IMG/VR virus record: IMGVR_UViG_3300011871_000003
Strand: one strand, 5' to 3'
Length of the DNA stretch: 64,000 nt
From: an uncultured virus (IMG/VR IMGVR_UViG_3300011871_000003)
Taxonomy: Duplodnaviria; Heunggongvirae; Uroviricota; Caudoviricetes
The translations under genes were made by a program, and so were the position numbers. This document shows positions 9,204 to 19,212 of the stretch, in pieces (position 1 is the stretch's first letter; each line of letters opens with the position of its first letter). The notes beneath the pieces are model-generated. The model had not been told where the DNA came from. It saw only the letters and a list, made by a program, of their open reading frames with translations, and ran no database searches.

Positions 9204-9282
9204 CATCACCTCATTCAGATATTGTTAATATATACAGGCGATTTATTATATATTATACCCCCTCAATATTTGGAGCAAATCA

Positions 9283-10300
9283 ATGAAACATATTCAATCA
9301 GAAGATAAAAAAGTAACAAAATACCTCCNNNNNNNNNNNNNNNNNNNNNNNNNNNNNNNNNNNNNNNNNNNNNNNNNNNNNNNNNNNNNNNNNNNNNNNN
9401 NNNNNNNNNNNNNNNNNATACCTCCATGATAATGGCGCTGAAACATCAATAAAGTTAGCCTTATCAGGTGAATATGATGAAAACTTAAATTTACAACATA
9501 AAGATAATAATAAATACAGTATAGTGATTTCTGGAAGTGTTGGTTGTTTAATGTCATGTAAGTTTTGTCATATTACAACCAATAATATAAAACACAAAGA
9601 ACTAACCACAGGAGAAATCATATCTAATGTTATGGAATCTATTCAAAAGCAAGCTGAACTTACACCTGAAATAAAAAATAAGTTTATTAAGTTATGCTGG
9701 ATGGGATCTGGAGAACCATTAACTTATAGTGAAAAAGTCAAAGAAGCAACAAAAGAAATTGTGAAACAAGTTTTAGTGCAGAAACTTGCTGTAGGATTAG
9801 ATGGTGTAGATATCGCAACAACTTATCCTAAAACAAATAAATGGAAAAAAGATTTTTCTGAGCTAAATAAAGCGCTTAATAACATAGAATTAAATCCAAA
9901 GCATAATGGTAGTGCTTTACGTCTTTTTTATTCTTTACATAGTGCTTCAAATGCCACAAGAGAAAACTTAATACCAAACTCACGCTCTCCAGATAAAGCG
10001 ATGAGTGCTATATCAGAATGGTGTAAAACTAATAATGTAGATTTCATTATTCATCATATGTTTATCAATAATGTGAATGATAATATTTCTGATATTCGCT
10101 CTCTAAAAGATTTGTTAAGCAAAAATATAGGTGTAGCCACAGAATTTCGTATATTGCGCTATAACGCTCCTGACAATGGCACTAAAGAAAGCATCAAATT
10201 GAAAGAAATTGTGAGTGATTTAAAAACTTTCATACCTAAGATGAAAATCCAACATTCATCAGGAGCAGAAATAAAATCAGCATGTGGTCAATTTTTATGA
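9283..10300 (+). CDS. RlmN/Cfr-like radical SAM protein (spans N gap)
   Basis: CLMSCKFC cluster motif, MGSGEP, SLHSA, C-terminal SACGQF; ATG 9283 with GGAG RBS; gap flanks share ATACCTCC and join in frame as KYLHDNGAETSIK. Confidence 0.85.
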
Positions 10301-10386
10301 TTTTAATATAAATATTGTATTGACTTTAATATGAGTTGTCTTTATAATGGTCTTATTCGGCAATAAGGCCATTTATTTTAAGAGAG

Positions 10387-10962
10387 ATGAAAATGAACGC
10401 TAACAACTCTATCTTTGTAATCTATCACGTTGAAGGTTTCGACTACGAAGGCGAAACTAAAACTGTGGTGGCTACCCGTTTAACGACGGAAGAAGGTATT
10501 GAGCAGGAAGTTTCTCATCTCAATAAAACTGTAGATGGTGTGCATTCTCGCTCGCCTGAAGATATTAGCTGGGAATATTTTGAATATCAGAAATTAGAAG
10601 TTTCTGATAAGGGGATCTATACCTCATCGTTTGATTTCTCAAGCGAGAAAGATTCCGTGTTAAGCAAAACAGGTCTACGTAATAAGCTGATCGCTGATTT
10701 TGATCGTGCTTGCACTTTCTATGAAAATAGTGAGTGGGTTAATGGTCGTCTGACTCTCAAAGAGTATTTGATGAATGAGTGTTTTCATACCCATTTGAAA
10801 GGGGAAGTTTACTTTTCAGATTTAATGGAGATTACTAAAGAGCTTCATAGTGAAGGTGTAATTAAAACGGATGTTAACAAACTTATGTCTCAGTTTGAGC
10901 AGTATGACATCTATGAAAAGCTGTCTTCAAAATTCAATGTGGTAATAAAAAAAGCCGCATAA
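10387..10962 (+). CDS. hypothetical protein
   Basis: 191 aa ORF with upstream TATAAT and downstream hairpin. Confidence 0.7.
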   Translation: MKMNANNSIFVIYHVEGFDYEGETKTVVATRLTTEEGIEQEVSHLNKTVDGVHSRSPEDISWEYFEYQKLEVSDKGIYTSSFDFSSEKDSVLSKTGLRNKLIADFDRACTFYENSEWVNGRLTLKEYLMNECFHTHLKGEVYFSDLMEITKELHSEGVIKTDVNKLMSQFEQYDIYEKLSSKFNVVIKKAA

Positions 10963-10993
10963 ATATAATCCCCAAGCCATTTGGGGATTATTA

Positions 10994-11533
10994 TTAATAA
11001 GATAAAAAGTATATTATACCATATTCATGTCTACTGCATTCATTAGCTAATAATGAAACATCAAGTTTACCATCATTCATAACATCAACAAGATTTTCAC
11101 CAATTCTTATTAAAGGAAAGTTAGAGCCTACAGCAGAAACAAGCTTAACACATTCTGCGGGAGGAACTCCGTTATAAACTATTTGAAATCCATCAGAAGC
11201 TGAAGAATTCATTGAAATAATAGCGCCAAACACACTAACATAACCTTTGAAACTATTGGTTAGCTGACCATCTTCATTAATCATATTATCTGGAGCAATC
11301 TTTGACTTTATAACTATATCATCAGATAAAGTATCATATGATGGCATAGAAGCATATAAAGATTTAACACCTGCTTGTAAAGCGGATATATTTTTAGCCT
11401 CTTGATCAACTCTTTGAGCAGATTGAACTTTAGGAAAAATAATAAAAGCAGCAACTATAAGAGCTGCAATAATACCTAAAACAAGCAATAACTCAAGAAG
11501 AGAAAACCCCTTATTTCTATTTATTTTATACAT
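10994..11533 (-). CDS. type IV prepilin, PilS-like
   Basis: RNKG|FSLLELLLVLGIIAAL, NSFKG.V, YNGVPPAEC, second Cys; start set at MYKIN (AGGAG RBS). Confidence 0.88.
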   Translation of the reverse strand: MYKINRNKGFSLLELLLVLGIIAALIVAAFIIFPKVQSAQRVDQEAKNISALQAGVKSLYASMPSYDTLSDDIVIKSKIAPDNMINEDGQLTNSFKGYVSVFGAIISMNSSASDGFQIVYNGVPPAECVKLVSAVGSNFPLIRIGENLVDVMNDGKLDVSLLANECSRHEYGIIYFLSY

Positions 11534-11632
11534 AAATACTCCTTTTTTATTAAACATATTATTGAAATCATTATCTTTTTATGATATGTTTACACAATAT
11601 ATAAACTTAACTAAAATTAAATGGAGAAAGTA

Positions 11633-11926
11633 ATGAATCCTAATAAAAAACTTCTTAAAATCCTGACTATTGTTTTATTATCTTTATCAAGTCAAACTTA
11701 TGCAGACAATAATAAAGTCTCATCGGTAGTAACTTTTAAAGCAATAGCAGTAAAAAATAGTTTTAATAATATAGATTTAAAAAATCAGGAATCGCCATTA
11801 AAATTAGTTTCACAATCAAAGACAGAAAACAGGGATTATTTACTGTTGAAAAATAATAAAGTAGTAGAAAAAATAAGTATTCCAACTAAAGTGACGACAG
11901 ATAACTATTACTGGTCAAACAATTAA
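11633..11926 (+). CDS. small secreted protein
   Basis: Sec signal ending TYA|D; divergent from pilin gene. Confidence 0.6.
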   Translation: MNPNKKLLKILTIVLLSLSSQTYADNNKVSSVVTFKAIAVKNSFNNIDLKNQESPLKLVSQSKTENRDYLLLKNNKVVEKISIPTKVTTDNYYWSNN

Positions 11927-12318
11927 TATATCTACGTAATTTTAGTTATTATCACTATTATTATGCTATATATCTCTAGAAATATTAACACTCAGCAGTG
12001 ATGAAATTCTCAGATTCCCTGCTGAAGGTTTATTACTATAATAAAAAAATATTTAAATATTCCTGAAGCTTTTCTTACTCATTAATAATAAAAATTATTG
12101 ATATACAACATTTATTATTATTGGAATGTTTTTTACATTTTTTATAAGAAATCATAATTAAGAAATATGTTACGTAAAAATTAGGTATTATCAATAAAAT
12201 AAATGATTACTTTTAATATTAATGGATGAAAGGTGTCTTGTTTAAAAAGATGTTAAATAAAAATAGATGAATTATTAAATTAATAAATAAAAAAGGAGGG
12301 GTAACCTCCTTATATTAT

Positions 12319-13914
12319 TTAATGTGTGCCATAGGTTGCATCATAAACATCTTGTTTTCTTGAGAAGTGAATATCTGTCTCAAGTGGATAGTTGTCGCAG
12401 AATTTAGGGCTGCGTTTAAACCATATAGATATATGATCGTCGAAATTAAATATATCAAAGTTACTGTTAGAAACCATAGGTTTTATTTTATTGTCACAAA
12501 TATGATTCCACTCATCTAAATTATCTAAAACAAATCCACCTTGTAGATTAGGTATATTACGTGCTCCAACATTATATGTTTTAAAGAAGTTGGTATTATC
12601 CGCATACATTAATCTATAAATGAAATTATGTTCAACTAAAGCAAGTCTAACAAATGAGGAAGTAGCTGTTCTACCATAGAGATTAACTTTTTTATCGCCT
12701 ATTTCTTCTCTATGATCTTCCATCTTCATGGCAATACTGTCATAAACATAACGTTTGTAATTAAAATCATGTTTTAAGGCGCTTCCATATACAAACGAGA
12801 ACCCACATACAGCTAATAAGGTAGCTCCAATAAAGAACATATTAATATATCCTTTTTTATCTAAGAAATAGAAAGACATTGCTCCAGCCATAAAGAAAAT
12901 ACCAACTATAGGAAAATCTCGTGGATTAAAGAACAATTCTCTTAAAAGTATAAATGGTCCCCAAATAGTTAAGAATAAAGTAAATGGAAGAGTGATTAAA
13001 AGCATACTTAATATCCACTTGCTTTCAAATCTGTATTCTTTATTCTGACTATTTTTAATGATTAAATAAATAATATTAATGAACATCATTCCAAAAGCGA
13101 CTTTAGCTAAATAATACATTTTTTCGCTTTTAAATGACTGGCACATATCTATAAATTCTTTAATAGAATATTCATAGCTAAAGAATAAGCTATTTATTGT
13201 AGGTTCTATCATATCACTTCTGAAAGCTACATCAGGATATACATATTTAAAAGCAGCCGCACATCCTAAATAATAAATAACACAAGATAATACATATATA
13301 GAACCATGATAGATAGTAGATTTTAAGATATTCTTATTTGTTTCTTTAAATTGGAACATTAAGTTAATTAAAAATAATCCAATATACATATTACTTGTAG
13401 GTTGATAAAGAGCGCTAACACCTACCAAGAATAACAATTGTATAATATAGGTTTTTATCTTAGATTCATTTTGATAAAAGAAAGCTAAAAGGATAAACCC
13501 AACAGAAAACATATTTCCGATAGAGTCGAATTGATATGATAAGTTCTGAATAAAAAATGGGTTACATGCTAATAATGTGAAAGGTAAAATATTAACCAAA
13601 TTTTTCTTTGGAAGCATTTTATCTGTAGCATAACAAACGGTATATGCAAAGAATAAAGTGCCAAATATTAATGGTATAGGTCCAATATTGTATATTGGAT
13701 TAATATTAAAGTTGAGTAATGCTATAAGAATAGTGGTTAAAGGTCTACCTTCATATTCCCATTGTCCTAAACCATTATCCATACGTGTAGTGTCATCCAT
13801 ATAAGGCACATCAGCCAATATAAGAGATAAAATAAATATCATACAGAAACCCAGCACAATACTAAACTTATATCCACCGCTGAATTCCCTTTCAATAAAA
13901 ACTCTTTTCAACAT
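12319..13914 (-). CDS. GtrII-like (GT-C fold) membrane glucosyltransferase
   Basis: YMDD..R..G...W..EGRPL, NPFFIQNLSYQFDS, LYQ motifs; about 10 TM segments plus soluble C-terminal tail. Confidence 0.85.
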   Translation of the reverse strand: MLKRVFIEREFSGGYKFSIVLGFCMIFILSLILADVPYMDDTTRMDNGLGQWEYEGRPLTTILIALLNFNINPIYNIGPIPLIFGTLFFAYTVCYATDKMLPKKNLVNILPFTLLACNPFFIQNLSYQFDSIGNMFSVGFILLAFFYQNESKIKTYIIQLLFLVGVSALYQPTSNMYIGLFLINLMFQFKETNKNILKSTIYHGSIYVLSCVIYYLGCAAAFKYVYPDVAFRSDMIEPTINSLFFSYEYSIKEFIDMCQSFKSEKMYYLAKVAFGMMFINIIYLIIKNSQNKEYRFESKWILSMLLITLPFTLFLTIWGPFILLRELFFNPRDFPIVGIFFMAGAMSFYFLDKKGYINMFFIGATLLAVCGFSFVYGSALKHDFNYKRYVYDSIAMKMEDHREEIGDKKVNLYGRTATSSFVRLALVEHNFIYRLMYADNTNFFKTYNVGARNIPNLQGGFVLDNLDEWNHICDNKIKPMVSNSNFDIFNFDDHISIWFKRSPKFCDNYPLETDIHFSRKQDVYDATYGTH

Positions 13915-13930
13915 TATTTAATTTCCTCTA

Positions 13931-15505
13931 TTATTTACTTTCTAAAGCATGTTGTTTAATATCAAATCGACTATCAACATCAGTTGGGTAATTATTACAA
14001 AATGTAGGTTCTCTTTTAAACCAAACAGAAATATGATCATCAAAGTTAAATATTTCATAGTTTCCGTTTTTTACAAGTGGAGCTATTTTATTCTTACAAA
14101 TAGCGTTCCATTCGTCTAAGTTATCCATGATAACACCGCCCTGAATATTATAAACATTACGAGCAGCTATACTATATTCTTTAAAGAAATTAGTATTATC
14201 AGGAAATATTAGTTTTGATAAAAATGGTCTAACCTCAAATGCTTTTCCGATATATGATGTCATAGCATGTCTTCCATAAACATATATTTTTTTATCTCTT
14301 ATTTCATCCATATTTTGCTCTATATTATTACTAATGCTATCATATACATATTTCCTATATGTATAATCTTGATTAAGAGCATTCCCATACATATAAGAGA
14401 AGGAAAACACACATAAGAATATAGCAATATTAAAAATGATGTTTATAAAGTATTTTTTATCTACAAGAGAAAAACTAAAAGCTATAAGCATACAAAAAAC
14501 ACCCATAACAGGAAAATCTCTTGGATTAAAAAAGAGTTCTTTTAATAAAATAAAAGGTCCCCATATACTAAATAAAAGTAATAGAGGTATTAAAATCAGT
14601 ATTAGTATAGAATGAATTTGTTCTTTATGTTCTATATTTGATTTTGTAATATTATAAATTCTATAAATAATATTGATAGGTAATAAAATAGCAGCAATAA
14701 TAATTAAATATAGGGAGATATCCTCTTTAAAATAAGCAAAAAGATTCATGAGTTCGTTCATGGAGAACTCATATGAAGCCATTATCTGATTAATATTGAT
14801 GAGATGATTTCTATTAGCTTGTTCAGTAAATAAAAAAGAAAATCCAATAAAATATAAAACATAATAAATAAGTATTCCAAATAAATAATAAGAAATGTGT
14901 CTTAAAGTATATTCCAGTATACTTTCATTATCCTTTTTAGAAATATTAAATAATATGCTAACACAAAATAAAGCAATATACATATTGCTTGTTGGTTGAT
15001 AACTTGCGCATGAAGAAGCTATTAATAAAGAAGATACTAAAAACTGTTTATATTTATTATCATTTTGATAGAAAAAAGCTAAAAGAATAAACCCAACAGA
15101 AAATAGATGCCCTATTGAATCATATTGATAAGACATATTTTGTAAAAAGAATGGATTACAAACAAGTAAAATAAATGGAAAAATATTTAGAATCGTATTT
15201 TTTAAATTCATTTTATTTGTTGCATAATAAACAGAATATGAAAAGAAAAATATGCCAACCAATAAAGGAAGTGGGGCAACATTGTAAATAGTTGTGAAAT
15301 TAAAATTTAAAAGTTTAAATAATAATGTTGTAAGAGGTCTTCCTTCGATTTCCCAATAGCCATAACCATTATCAAGACGAGTGTGATCATCCATGTATGG
15401 AACATTAGCAATGATAAGAGGGAGAACAAAAAGCAAACAAACAAAAAGAATAAGATTGAACTTATCCTTTCCTTCAAATTCCTTTAATGATAAAATGTTA
15501 AGCAT
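13931..15505 (-). CDS. GtrII-like membrane glucosyltransferase, tandem paralog
   Basis: same motifs (YMDD, EGRPL, NPFFLQNMSYQYDS); colinear with 12319-13914; start set at MLNIL (AGGAG RBS). Confidence 0.85.
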   Translation of the reverse strand: MLNILSLKEFEGKDKFNLILFVCLLFVLPLIIANVPYMDDHTRLDNGYGYWEIEGRPLTTLLFKLLNFNFTTIYNVAPLPLLVGIFFFSYSVYYATNKMNLKNTILNIFPFILLVCNPFFLQNMSYQYDSIGHLFSVGFILLAFFYQNDNKYKQFLVSSLLIASSCASYQPTSNMYIALFCVSILFNISKKDNESILEYTLRHISYYLFGILIYYVLYFIGFSFLFTEQANRNHLININQIMASYEFSMNELMNLFAYFKEDISLYLIIIAAILLPINIIYRIYNITKSNIEHKEQIHSILILILIPLLLLFSIWGPFILLKELFFNPRDFPVMGVFCMLIAFSFSLVDKKYFINIIFNIAIFLCVFSFSYMYGNALNQDYTYRKYVYDSISNNIEQNMDEIRDKKIYVYGRHAMTSYIGKAFEVRPFLSKLIFPDNTNFFKEYSIAARNVYNIQGGVIMDNLDEWNAICKNKIAPLVKNGNYEIFNFDDHISVWFKREPTFCNNYPTDVDSRFDIKQHALESK

Positions 15506-15681
15506 GTAAAACTGGCTCCTAATTTTTGAATATATTCTCATTGTTTATACAAACATAGCAAATTTTTAACAGGAAAAGCAAAAAAAACAAGATTGATGTA
15601 AACTTTTTGTTGTGCATGATAAAAAATTTAAGTATAATGTTTTTATCAAAATCAAACTGTTCATAATCTAAGGAAATAAAC

Positions 15682-16302
15682 ATGTTTAAGAAAATTACTG
15701 CTGTTCTCTTTGTTTTAGCATTAGTTGGTTGTTCTTCTGTCCCTAAAGAACCTGCTAAATACGTTGCTTTTCAAGAAAGTAAAACAAGTATTAAAGGAAA
15801 CCAAAGAGTTACTGAAACTTTCTTTGGTAGTGGAGTTCAATGGAATAAAGATTATGTAGTAACTGTTAAGCATGTATCTTTTATTAAAGATATTGCTTAT
15901 CAATCAGCAGATGGTATCGATATTCAGTTTGTTAAAAAATCGGCTGACAACGTAGTTATTCCACAATGGCGAGATCGTGTAGCGGGTGAGAGCGTCATTG
16001 TTGTAGGCTTGAATCAAAAAAGTAAAACAGAAGTATCTCAAGGTAAAGATCTAGATATTTCAGATGGTGATGGTGAGAAGATTTTGTATGTTACCTCGGC
16101 TCAAACAGTAGGTGGACAATCTGGTGGACCTGTATTTGGATCTGATGGTAAAGTTATTGGTATTCACTTTGGGGAAACTACAGGTATGAGTAATGGTAAA
16201 CTGGATGAGGCTTTTAAAGGACATAATTATAAAAAGTTTTCACTATATATTCCATATTCTGTAGTTAAGCAGGAATGGGATAAGTTCAATAAAGCGAAAT
16301 AA
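15682..16302 (+). CDS. lipoprotein trypsin-like serine protease
   Basis: lipobox LVG|C, VTVKH (His), DI (Asp), GQSGGP (Ser). Confidence 0.82.
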   Translation: MFKKITAVLFVLALVGCSSVPKEPAKYVAFQESKTSIKGNQRVTETFFGSGVQWNKDYVVTVKHVSFIKDIAYQSADGIDIQFVKKSADNVVIPQWRDRVAGESVIVVGLNQKSKTEVSQGKDLDISDGDGEKILYVTSAQTVGGQSGGPVFGSDGKVIGIHFGETTGMSNGKLDEAFKGHNYKKFSLYIPYSVVKQEWDKFNKAK

Positions 16303-16358
16303 TAAACAAACCCTGCCGACAGACAGGGTTTTATTTTTAAATAAATGGAGTTTTACAA

Positions 16359-16925
16359 ATGAAATTTTTTATCTTTATGATTGTTATCTTTATTTCTGGC
16401 TGCCAAACAAATTTAAAAAATAAGCATAGTTATGAAGTAAGTAATAATCCGCAAAATAAAATACTTTCACAAGGTATAGGAACACAATTTCCATACAAAC
16501 AAAAATATAGCTTAACGGCAGCTCATGTAGTAGATAAAGAAAAACAGATTCTATCTAAGCATGATAAATGTGATGTTGCTTTAATATACAAATCTTATAA
16601 AGCTTCTAATAATGATCCAATATTTGCTGAATCAAAAATTAATGAAAAAGTAGTAGCCTACGGTTTCCCTCATGGTAATAAAAAAGAAGTTGAATTATCA
16701 GGTAAAATAATTGGTTATAAAAATGTAACTAATGGTGATTATACAAAAGGGTGTGCCGTAGCTATTATGGATTTTAATGTCGAAAAGGGAATGTCGGGAG
16801 GACCAGTTTATAACAATAAAAATCAAATTGTAGGTGTTATTTTTGCTACTGATAAATACAAAAGACAATCCTATATGGTTCCTTATGAAAGTATAAAAGA
16901 TTGGTTAAATAAAAATAGAATATAA
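16359..16925 (+). CDS. lipoprotein trypsin-like serine protease
   Basis: lipobox ISG|C, LTAAHV, DVAL, GMSGGPV. Confidence 0.85.
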   Translation: MKFFIFMIVIFISGCQTNLKNKHSYEVSNNPQNKILSQGIGTQFPYKQKYSLTAAHVVDKEKQILSKHDKCDVALIYKSYKASNNDPIFAESKINEKVVAYGFPHGNKKEVELSGKIIGYKNVTNGDYTKGCAVAIMDFNVEKGMSGGPVYNNKNQIVGVIFATDKYKRQSYMVPYESIKDWLNKNRI

Positions 16926-17133
16926 AACTAATGTCGTAATATATAATAATATAATAATTTACTATATATTAAATAATAAAATATAACTTCACTAATATCA
17001 ATTATTAAAGATTTATATACTTAATAAAACCGCTTATCTAAATTATTATCATTATTGTTTATGAGTTGTTGTTTTTATTTGCATTAACTATATTATTTAA
17101 GGAGGATATTCTTATTTAATAATAGGTGAAAAA

Positions 17134-18999
17134 ATGAAGATTTTAAAAAGAAAAGGATTTTCCTTAATGGAAATGATGTTAGTGTTAGGGGCTTTTGCAG
17201 CGATTGTTGCAATAGGTTTTTGGATATATAGCATTGCCTCAGAAAGACAACGAATAAATACAGCACAAAAACAGCTTGCTTCTATACAAAAAGGAATAAG
17301 TGATATGTCAGGAATTTATTCTGATATCGATGAAGCGAGAACAATGTTATTAGGCAGTAAAACATTGCCAAGTAATATGATTAGTGGTTCAACGTTAGTT
17401 AATCCTTGGAAAGGTAAAATAACAATAACACCTCATAATGGAAGTGCTACTTTTTATGATGTTTCCTATTATAATGTTCCATCTAGCTCTTGTATAGATT
17501 TAGTCAATAAATCTCGTGTTTTTTATAGAACTGTAACGTCTACTAATTCTTCATTAACCAGTACAGATAGTGTAAATGGTATTGTAGATTTTTGTTCTAA
17601 AATATCTAAAAATGATGCTATAGTATTTTCTAACTTTTATACTGGTGACACCGTATATGAGGCCAGTGTTTCAAATAGTGTATCAACTTCAACGAGTGTA
17701 TCATCATCAATAAGTGCATCCACAAGTATATCAGCCTCAACTAGTGCTTCTAAATCAATAAGCACATCAGCGAGTATTTCGAATAGTATAAGTGCTTCTA
17801 CATCTACAAGTATTTCAAATAGTATAAGTACATCTCTATCAACTAGTGCTTCTAAATCAATAAGCACATCAGCAAGTATTTCGGCAAGCACCAGTACTTC
17901 TAAATCAATAAGCACATCGGTAAGTAATAGTTTGAGCGCTTCAACGTCAAATAGTATATCTAACAGTATAAGTGCTTCAAAATCATTAAGTACCTCAGTA
18001 AGCAATAGTATTTCAAGTAGTGCGAGTGCTTCAATATCGAGAAGTATATCTACAAGTGTAAGTGCTTCAACATCAGCAAGTCTTTCTAATAGTATAAGCT
18101 CAAGTGTTTCGGCATCAAAAAGTGCTTCAACCTCAGCTAGTTTATCTATTAGTGCCAGTGCTTCTAAAGTTGCCTCATTGAGTGCTTCGCAATCAGCGAG
18201 TATAAGTGCATCCAAATCTGCTTCTACTTCTGCAAGCTTGAGTGCCTCAACATCTTTATCATTAAGTTCATCCAGATCTGCTTCAATATCAGCAAGTGTT
18301 TCCAATAGTATAAGCTCAAGTGTTTCGGCATCAAAAAGTGCTTCAGCCTCAGCTAGTTTATCTATTAGTGCCAGTGCTTCTAAAGCAGCCTCATTGAGTG
18401 CTTCTCAATCAGCTAGCATAAGTGCTTCAAAATCTGCCTCTACTTCAGCAAGCTTGAGTGCTTCAACATCTTTATCATTAAGTTCATCCAGATCTGCCTC
18501 TACTTCTGCAAGCTTAAGTGCTTCAAGATCTGTTTCAACAAGTGTGAGTGCATCAGCGTCTTTAAGTGCCTCAAGATCATTAAGTACAAGTAGATCCGTA
18601 AGCACATCAGTTTCTATATCAAAAAGTATTTCAACAAGCCTTGCTAATAATGTAAACAAAGGAAATACGGTATTAACAACAGCGACACCAAATATTAAAT
18701 GTATAATTGGTAATGGTGGTGCAATGATGGGTAAATATTTATGTAGTATGACAGCTATGAGTGTAGGTGGAATAACATGGAAATTTACTTATTCTACATT
18801 CTATAATGCTCCAATAAAAGTAACGAATGCTCAAATAAATACGCCAAACGCTTTATTAAATTATTTAAATACATATAAGAGAACTTCCTACAAATTAACA
18901 GATTTTAATCTTACAGGAGATGCCGCTAGTATTTATAAACAAATATTAGCAAAATTTGCAAGTTCTGTATCAGGAACAAATTACGTAATAACATATTAA
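17134..18999 (+). CDS. type IV prepilin fused to about 325 aa Ser-X repeat stalk and unique C-terminal domain
   Basis: RKG|FSLMEM signal, pilin domain NPWKG...YYNVPSSSC...FC, then (S-x)n, then about 120 aa non-repeat tail. Confidence 0.85.
   Translation: MKILKRKGFSLMEMMLVLGAFAAIVAIGFWIYSIASERQRINTAQKQLASIQKGISDMSGIYSDIDEARTMLLGSKTLPSNMISGSTLVNPWKGKITITPHNGSATFYDVSYYNVPSSSCIDLVNKSRVFYRTVTSTNSSLTSTDSVNGIVDFCSKISKNDAIVFSNFYTGDTVYEASVSNSVSTSTSVSSSISASTSISASTSASKSISTSASISNSISASTSTSISNSISTSLSTSASKSISTSASISASTSTSKSISTSVSNSLSASTSNSISNSISASKSLSTSVSNSISSSASASISRSISTSVSASTSASLSNSISSSVSASKSASTSASLSISASASKVASLSASQSASISASKSASTSASLSASTSLSLSSSRSASISASVSNSISSSVSASKSASASASLSISASASKAASLSASQSASISASKSASTSASLSASTSLSLSSSRSASTSASLSASRSVSTSVSASASLSASRSLSTSRSVSTSVSISKSISTSLANNVNKGNTVLTTATPNIKCIIGNGGAMMGKYLCSMTAMSVGGITWKFTYSTFYNAPIKVTNAQINTPNALLNYLNTYKRTSYKLTDFNLTGDAASIYKQILAKFASSVSGTNYVITY
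18088..18516 (+). repeat. 216-bp (72-codon) tandem duplication within the Ser-rich stalk
   Basis: AATAGTATAAGCTCAAGTGTTTCGGCATCAAAAAGTGCTTCA occurs at 18088 and 18304. Confidence 0.85.
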
Positions 19000-19212
19000 A
19001 ATATAAATAAAATACATAATAACTTAAATATATGTAAACATGTTAAAAGAGTAAATATACGACCGTATGTTTACTCTTTTTTTATTAATAAAATAATACA
19101 AAACATCATATATTATAGAATATAAAAATTATTAGCTTAGTAATATTGTTTTATTCTCTTATGAGAGTATTATTTAATAGACACATTTTGAAATATTTAG
19201 AGGATTTATAGT

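Noticed and set aside
9329..9417. Possible 89-nt insertion or intron in the radical SAM gene
   Set aside because: It is an N gap whose flanks overlap (ATACCTCC on both sides) and join in frame, so most likely a scaffolding artefact.
11990..12030. CAGCAG/CTGCTG hairpin in the long AT-rich gap after 11926
   Set aside because: Single short stem with a large loop, insufficient to call an ncRNA or terminator.
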